Source: an uncultured Gammaproteobacteria bacterium (GTDB lineage: Bacteria > Patescibacteriota > Patescibacteriia > Patescibacteriales > XYC2-FULL-47-12). From it: 31,265 nt of DNA. A program made the translations under genes and the position numbers. Numbering within the stretch: position 1 is the stretch's first letter; each line of letters begins with the position of its first letter. The notes under the pieces are model-generated. The model was not told the origin of the DNA, made no database searches, and was given only the letters and a program-made list of their open reading frames with translations. Of the stretch, positions 26,380-31,265 are shown one piece after another. The stretch covers positions 1-31,265 of the forward strand of contig CAYHIM010000001.1 in NCBI GenBank assembly GCA_964356665.1. Reading direction: 5' to 3'.

Positions 26380-26770
26380 AAATTTTCGGGTGCAAAATGC
26401 CCTTGGCAAAAAGAGTATTAAAATAATTATGTATCTTTTCTAACCTGCTTTTTCTTTTGTAATAGTAATACCAAACAATCAGCCGCGCCGCTATTGTCTT
26501 TATCAGCGCTTTAAAACTAAAACTTACTGCTAAAGCGGCGATTACTATCAGCGCCAATAATTGCCCGGGCAGAGCGGAAAAAATTTGTTTCCAAAAACTA
26601 ATGTGATTAACCACTCCCATGGGGCAAAGAGTAGCCATCCCGCTATTAAATTGGCAAGGCGAGGGGGCGCCGGAACTAAAACTATTCATCCCTAACTGCA
26701 CGCCGAAACTGGCCATCATAATAAAGATGGCTAAAAGAATAATGATGTTTTGGCGCAGTATAAATTTCAT
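26372..26770 (-). CDS. Two-TM Cys/His protein ending GILHPKIYA (putative leader ORF 1)
   Basis: Hydrophobic N-terminus, C39/C49-P-M/H56, second TM, YYYYKRK and PKIY (aa 128-131). Confidence 0.78.
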   Translation of the reverse strand: MKFILRQNIIILLAIFIMMASFGVQLGMNSFSSGAPSPCQFNSGMATLCPMGVVNHISFWKQIFSALPGQLLALIVIAALAVSFSFKALIKTIAARLIVWYYYYKRKSRLEKIHNYFNTLFAKGILHPKIYA

Positions 26771-26804
26771 AAGCTTATTAGCGGTTTATTCTTCCTGTGA
26801 ATAT

Positions 26805-26833
26805 ATACTAACATAAAAAAATAAAAAAAGCAA
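26805..26833 (-). promoter_or_regulatory. Sigma70-type promoter for the copper cluster
   Basis: Minus strand TTGCTT (26833-26828), 17 nt, then TGn-TAGTAT (26810-26805). Confidence 0.55.
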
Positions 26834-26836
26834 TTA

Positions 26837-27607
26837 TCATCTCTTCTCCAACTCTATTAGTAAAGCATCAATGGCTGATTTTAATTGATTGTAGGAAACC
26901 GCGCCGGAAATCGGAATCTTTTCGCCTTTAACTAAAATCACCGAATAAGGGGTGCCGCCGGCGCCGCCCGCGAGCAATGCTTGGGATAATTCACTAGCAA
27001 CTTTATTAGCGTATTTGCCCGAGTCCAAGCAGGCAAGAAAATCTTGTTGGTTAAGGCCGATTTGCGCGGCAATACGGGGCAATTGCTGCGGATCAAGCCC
27101 ATCATTGGAAGGCGTTATAAAAAATATCGCATCAAGGTACTGCCAAAATTTATCATTTCCTCCCAGTTCCGCCGCGCACTCGCTAGCTTCCGCTTCTTTG
27201 CGTGCTTTGGTATGCAAAGAGTCAATTGGGAAATGGCGGTATACCCAGCTAACTTTACCCGGATAAGCAGTAACTATTTGCTGTAACACCGAATGGAACT
27301 CTTTACAAAAAGGGCATTCCAAATCAGCAAACTCAATAATAGTAATCGGGGCGGTACGCACGCCGCGCACATGGTCGTAGCGCGCCAGCGGAGCAATTGT
27401 AGTGCCCTGATTATTGTTTGCCCTTGCGGCTAAATTTTGGTCGCGGGAGGTTTGGCCCTGCAATGCGGGCAAAGTAGTATTGCCTGTTCCGGTTTCCCGC
27501 GCCGGATTAGGGATTTTGGCTATTACTAAAAATAAAAACCCTATTGCTGCCAATAAAACAATGATGATAACCGAGGCAATTAAGATAGTTGTATTTTTCT
27601 TTAGCAT
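26837..27607 (-). CDS. Membrane-anchored DsbA-family thiol-disulfide oxidoreductase
   Basis: DHVRG, IIEFADLECPFC, WVYRHFP and GTP cis-Pro loop. Confidence 0.92.
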   Translation of the reverse strand: MLKKNTTILIASVIIIVLLAAIGFLFLVIAKIPNPARETGTGNTTLPALQGQTSRDQNLAARANNNQGTTIAPLARYDHVRGVRTAPITIIEFADLECPFCKEFHSVLQQIVTAYPGKVSWVYRHFPIDSLHTKARKEAEASECAAELGGNDKFWQYLDAIFFITPSNDGLDPQQLPRIAAQIGLNQQDFLACLDSGKYANKVASELSQALLAGGAGGTPYSVILVKGEKIPISGAVSYNQLKSAIDALLIELEKR

Positions 27608-27633
27608 AGATAATAATTTTCTAAAAAGTTAAG

Positions 27634-30573
27634 CTATTCCGGAATGTTATTAAGCACGCTGTCGCTGACGGGAATAAATCTCCCGCCTAAGGCATTATAT
27701 TCAACACTATCAATCCAACGTTTATAAAGCGCATTGCCTAAATCTTCAATAACGTAAATCCTGTCCCCAGAGCCTTTGAGCGGCTGATTAAGCATAAAAT
27801 CAAACAAAGCGTTATTGCCGATATCAACCCCGAGCATCATTTGCCTGACTTTACCTTCCGCGCTCTGCTGCCAATTTCTAATAATAATGTCTTGGCCGGC
27901 CAAAAAGTAAGCCTCGTAAACGCAGGCGCTGCCGGTTTTTATATAACCGCCGGCTTGTGTTTGTTCATCAAAATTTAAAGCTCCGCCGCTCTGATACGGG
28001 CTAGCCATCTTTAAATTAGCGGCCGGGCAGCGGTTTGAATCCTCCGGCACGTCTTCATAAAAAACAACGCGGATAACATTATAATTATCAGCGGCAGTGT
28101 TGTCTAAAGCCGTAAGTAAATTAGCAGAAGGGCAAAGCGGGGTTCTAGTATTAATGCCAGCTGTCCCCCAAAAATCAGTGGAGCGGCTACAGCTTCTGCC
28201 TGCCGTACCGATATAGTCGCCGCCCACGCTCCGCAAATAATTATAGTAACTATTAATATAATTTAAATAATCCTGGCCGCTCCAAGCAACTGCTTCTACA
28301 AAACCGGAGTTTCGGCTTTGATAGTGCCCGCCGAGGTTATAGGGTCGCCCCTGCCATTCTAAGTAAGGGCGGTTGCCGTGGCGCCAACTGCTTGAATTTT
28401 GTTCGTCAATTTGAAAATATTGCTCGCGAGTTGGAAAATACATATCGGCGTAAGGCGCGCCGCTTTCGTATTGATAATATCCGTTAGCCGCAAAATTAAT
28501 CGGGCTAGTTGGATTATTAAATTCAATTAGATGTTTAAAATATCTTTGCCAAATTTCCGGACTATATGCTTGCTGCCCGCCGCCTAATTCGCCGTAAGTA
28601 TTATCCGCTATCCCCATCAGCCAAAGGGGGTGAGTACCGACGCTGACGTAACTCGTGAGCACTATTACTTTTTCACTCTCACTGTCCCCTCGGTTATAAT
28701 AGCGAAAGTGCCCAAACCCCATCAACGCACTGGGTGCCGAATGATAATTGCCTTGTCTGGTAATAGTGCCAAGCTCCCCGCTGAAAACCAAATCTTGTTT
28801 ATTAACAATCGCACCGCCATCGTTAAAAATAGCGTAACTAGCGTCAGCCAAATTTAAATAATTATCCAAATTAATCCTAATGCTGCCTTGAGGTTGCGCC
28901 ATCACTTCTATCGGCTGAAATCCGGACAGCCGCTCGGTGCTGTAATTGCTCTTCGCCATATTAACAATTTCTGCGGCAGTGAGATTATAGCCGCGCTCGG
29001 CTAACCATCGTTCGTCTTCGGGGCTTAAGCCGCTGATTTTTATTCTATCTAAATCATCCCAGTCGTAGCCGCTAGTTGCCAGTTGAGCAATGTCTTGCCG
29101 ACCATAACCGTAAGCCGCAAACCAGCCAGCGTCATAAGGGGTATATTTACTTTTAACAATAATATGCAATCCGTAAGCATACCGGCCGGGAGCAGGCGGC
29201 TCGTCTATTGCCTGGCGCTCGCTCGCCGCAATTGCTTTATATTGCGGCACTAACTGCCAAACGCCGCCTTCGGCTTTGCGCCAAAGTTCAAGGTGGCTCG
29301 CGCGGCTTTGCGCCCAGGGATCCATGTCCCAAGAGACTACAACTTGGCTGCCGTCTGTTGTGGTTTGGACAGAAAATCCCGAGAGCAACGGCAAGAGCGG
29401 ATTGTAAATACAAATCCCTTGCCCGTTATTAATGTAAGCGCAACGAGCGATGCCAGCCGCGCAATCATTATCGTTACGGCAACTGGCCGCGCATTGCTGG
29501 CAAGTTCCATTAGGCAGACACCCGTTAACTGAAGGGTACGGGCCGCAGTCAAGCGCGCAGCCGCTCTGGCAGGATAAGGCAGGAGATGGACAGGCCTGTG
29601 TGTTGCAGTTGACAATCATCCGCGCCGGACCAAGGCAATATTTGCCGCCGCCGCTGGGCAGAGGATTATCGCACTGCCGCGTTTTGATGGCAATCCCGCC
29701 GCCGCAGGTTTGCGAACAGGCGCCGGCAATCTGCCAGCCGCTCCAGCCGCCGTCAACGGGCGAGGGAAAATCAAATAATGACAGCGGCTGTGACACCGCC
29801 GCCGCTGCCGCTTTCCAAACATTCACTATTCTAGCAATAATTGATGATGATTGTGCGACTGCCACTGAAACGGGCGCTGCCGCGGCAGCGTCTAATTCGG
29901 TTCCGTCGCCGCTAATGTCTTCTTCTGCCGCCGGCGCGATAGTTTCCACCGCCACCTGGTCAAATTTAATTAAACCCATAAAAAAAGATTTGACCACGTA
30001 ACGCGCCCCGATAAAAACAGCGGCAATAATAACGGCGCCAATTGCTCCGGTAATAAAAAAATTTCTCACTAAAGAAAACTTTAATAATTTCATTAAAACA
30101 AACCCGGCAGCGAGCAAAATAACAATTAATAAAATCGCGGATAAAATATTAGCTAACCAGCTTAAGGCTGTCTGAAAAATGCCGGCGGTAAATTCACTCG
30201 TACCGAAAAAAATAAAAATTGCGCCGGTGGTGATTTTTTTTATCCAATCCGTAATTAGGCCAAGCGGGTCATGCCAATTAAAACCGGCTGTTTTACCGCC
30301 GATAACTATTATCCCAGACCATAATTTAGCCGGCGCCTGACTAAAATAGTCGCCGGCTTGCTTAAAAAATACTAAAACCGCGTTAATTGCTTGAGCGGTT
30401 TGAATGTCATTGCCCGTAAAATCCAAACCATATTGTTTTTGTCCGGCCGCGGGCGCCGGCTGTTCTTCGCGAGTCACCTCTTCCGCCAGCGGCAAATCAA
30501 GCGCTTGCGCGAACAGCGGCGCGCCTAGCGCTAAACTAACAATGGTTACCGACAATATAATAATGTTGCGCAT
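27634..30573 (-). CDS. Large exported/membrane protein with a thrombospondin type-1 repeat, a 10-Cys module and an FN3-like segment
   Basis: Signal peptide, TM pair, DGGWSGW..ACSQTCGGG...RQCDNP.P.GGGKYC.G.....CNTQAC, and VVVSW..D....ELWRK...W. Confidence 0.85.
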   Translation of the reverse strand: MRNIIILSVTIVSLALGAPLFAQALDLPLAEEVTREEQPAPAAGQKQYGLDFTGNDIQTAQAINAVLVFFKQAGDYFSQAPAKLWSGIIVIGGKTAGFNWHDPLGLITDWIKKITTGAIFIFFGTSEFTAGIFQTALSWLANILSAILLIVILLAAGFVLMKLLKFSLVRNFFITGAIGAVIIAAVFIGARYVVKSFFMGLIKFDQVAVETIAPAAEEDISGDGTELDAAAAAPVSVAVAQSSSIIARIVNVWKAAAAAVSQPLSLFDFPSPVDGGWSGWQIAGACSQTCGGGIAIKTRQCDNPLPSGGGKYCLGPARMIVNCNTQACPSPALSCQSGCALDCGPYPSVNGCLPNGTCQQCAASCRNDNDCAAGIARCAYINNGQGICIYNPLLPLLSGFSVQTTTDGSQVVVSWDMDPWAQSRASHLELWRKAEGGVWQLVPQYKAIAASERQAIDEPPAPGRYAYGLHIIVKSKYTPYDAGWFAAYGYGRQDIAQLATSGYDWDDLDRIKISGLSPEDERWLAERGYNLTAAEIVNMAKSNYSTERLSGFQPIEVMAQPQGSIRINLDNYLNLADASYAIFNDGGAIVNKQDLVFSGELGTITRQGNYHSAPSALMGFGHFRYYNRGDSESEKVIVLTSYVSVGTHPLWLMGIADNTYGELGGGQQAYSPEIWQRYFKHLIEFNNPTSPINFAANGYYQYESGAPYADMYFPTREQYFQIDEQNSSSWRHGNRPYLEWQGRPYNLGGHYQSRNSGFVEAVAWSGQDYLNYINSYYNYLRSVGGDYIGTAGRSCSRSTDFWGTAGINTRTPLCPSANLLTALDNTAADNYNVIRVVFYEDVPEDSNRCPAANLKMASPYQSGGALNFDEQTQAGGYIKTGSACVYEAYFLAGQDIIIRNWQQSAEGKVRQMMLGVDIGNNALFDFMLNQPLKGSGDRIYVIEDLGNALYKRWIDSVEYNALGGRFIPVSDSVLNNIPE

Positions 30574-30579
30574 ATTGTC

Positions 30580-30588
30580 AGTATAACA
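30580..30588 (-). promoter_or_regulatory. Extended -10 positioned for a leaderless transcript
   Basis: Minus strand TGT-TATACT, then exactly 6 nt, then ATG (30573). Confidence 0.55.
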
Positions 30589-30623
30589 TTTGCTTAATAA
30601 AAAATAAATCTGATAAATAACAA

Positions 30624-31265
30624 CTATCTAATCGGTTTTTGCGCCGGAATTTTCGCCGCCGCTCGCCGCGCGCGATAGTAGCGAATGAGTTGGATTAGAG
30701 ATTCTTTAATAATATGCGCGCTGCGTAATAAGGGATTAATGTAGCCGCCGCGGTAACGACGGAAAGAAGTAAATACTAATAGCTCGCGGTCAAATATTAG
30801 CGGGCCTTGTTTAGCCAGCCGCTGGCAGATTTCAATGTCTTCTCCCCAAAGTACCGCCGGATTAAATCCGTTGACTTTTTGAAAAGCTTCTTTGGTAATT
30901 GATAAATTTACGCTGGGCAACGCCGGCCAATGGCTAAATAAAAATTTATGATAAATAAAAATAACCGGATATTTAACCAAAAAATTAATTAACCGGCTGG
31001 CGTCATAAAAAATATAGCCGCCGCCGACCGCGACTGCCTGGGGGTGAATATTAAAATTATTATTGATGTTAGTCAGCCAATCGGCCGGCAAAATTGCGTC
31101 GGCATCAGTAAAAACTAAAATTTCTTTTTGCGCCGCCTCTGCCCCCAAATTGGACGCGTACGCCACCCCCGGCTTTGGTTCAAATAATATCCGCACGGAA
31201 TACTTACTAGCGATAACTTTGGTATTGTCGGTACTGGCATTATCAACCACAATAATTTCAAACTG
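30624..31265 (-). CDS. Family-2 glycosyltransferase (5'-partial)
   Basis: EIIVVDNASTD, G..YASNLGA, FTDAD (DxD) and GEDIE. The frame is open to the window edge. Confidence 0.92.
   Translation of the reverse strand, partial: QFEIIVVDNASTDNTKVIASKYSVRILFEPKPGVAYASNLGAEAAQKEILVFTDADAILPADWLTNINNNFNIHPQAVAVGGGYIFYDASRLINFLVKYPVIFIYHKFLFSHWPALPSVNLSITKEAFQKVNGFNPAVLWGEDIEICQRLAKQGPLIFDRELLVFTSFRRYRGGYINPLLRSAHIIKESLIQLIRYYRARRAAAKIPAQKPIR

Noticed and set aside
1-31265. Alternative genetic code 25 (Gracilibacteria/SR1)
   Set aside because: TGA serves as a stop at 16021-16023, and long ORFs are intact under code 11.

Overview
Bacterial chromosomal window with genetic code 11 (TGA is used as a stop at 16021). 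By inference from gene content and style it is a CPR/Patescibacteria (Parcubacteria-like) genome. Left part (+ strand): probable smpB 3' end, tmRNA, infC-rpmI-rplT-secG, an orphan family-5 ABC substrate-binding protein, tRNA-Leu(CAG), RNase J, an AT-rich orphan PD-(D/E)xK-like nuclease, a LysM-M23 peptidase and tRNA-Ala(UGC). The rest (- strand) is a metal/thiol-redox region: Nramp-like and ZIP transporters, an isolated plant/metazoan-type fused PurL, and an ~11 kb copper cluster (CopA, CopZ-like, HMA-DsbD_2-2x cupredoxin, CcdA-like, DUF1573, several Cys/His-rich small proteins). It ends with DsbA, a thrombospondin-type-1 surface protein and a partial GT2. Most notable: no copper-responsive transcription factor is visible. 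Instead, two ~133-aa Cys/His membrane ORFs share a C-terminal PKIY motif, and each stop codon is buried in a long, minus-strand-specific RNA hairpin followed by a U-tract just ahead of a block of copper genes. This suggests a leader-peptide (ribosome-stalling) attenuation system. Also notable: tmRNA and tRNA-Ala are both followed by tiny palindromic cassettes that duplicate the RNA 3' end from the same T-loop position, and a 54-aa CxxC ORF is missing from the ORF track. All protein family calls come from motif recognition, not database searches.
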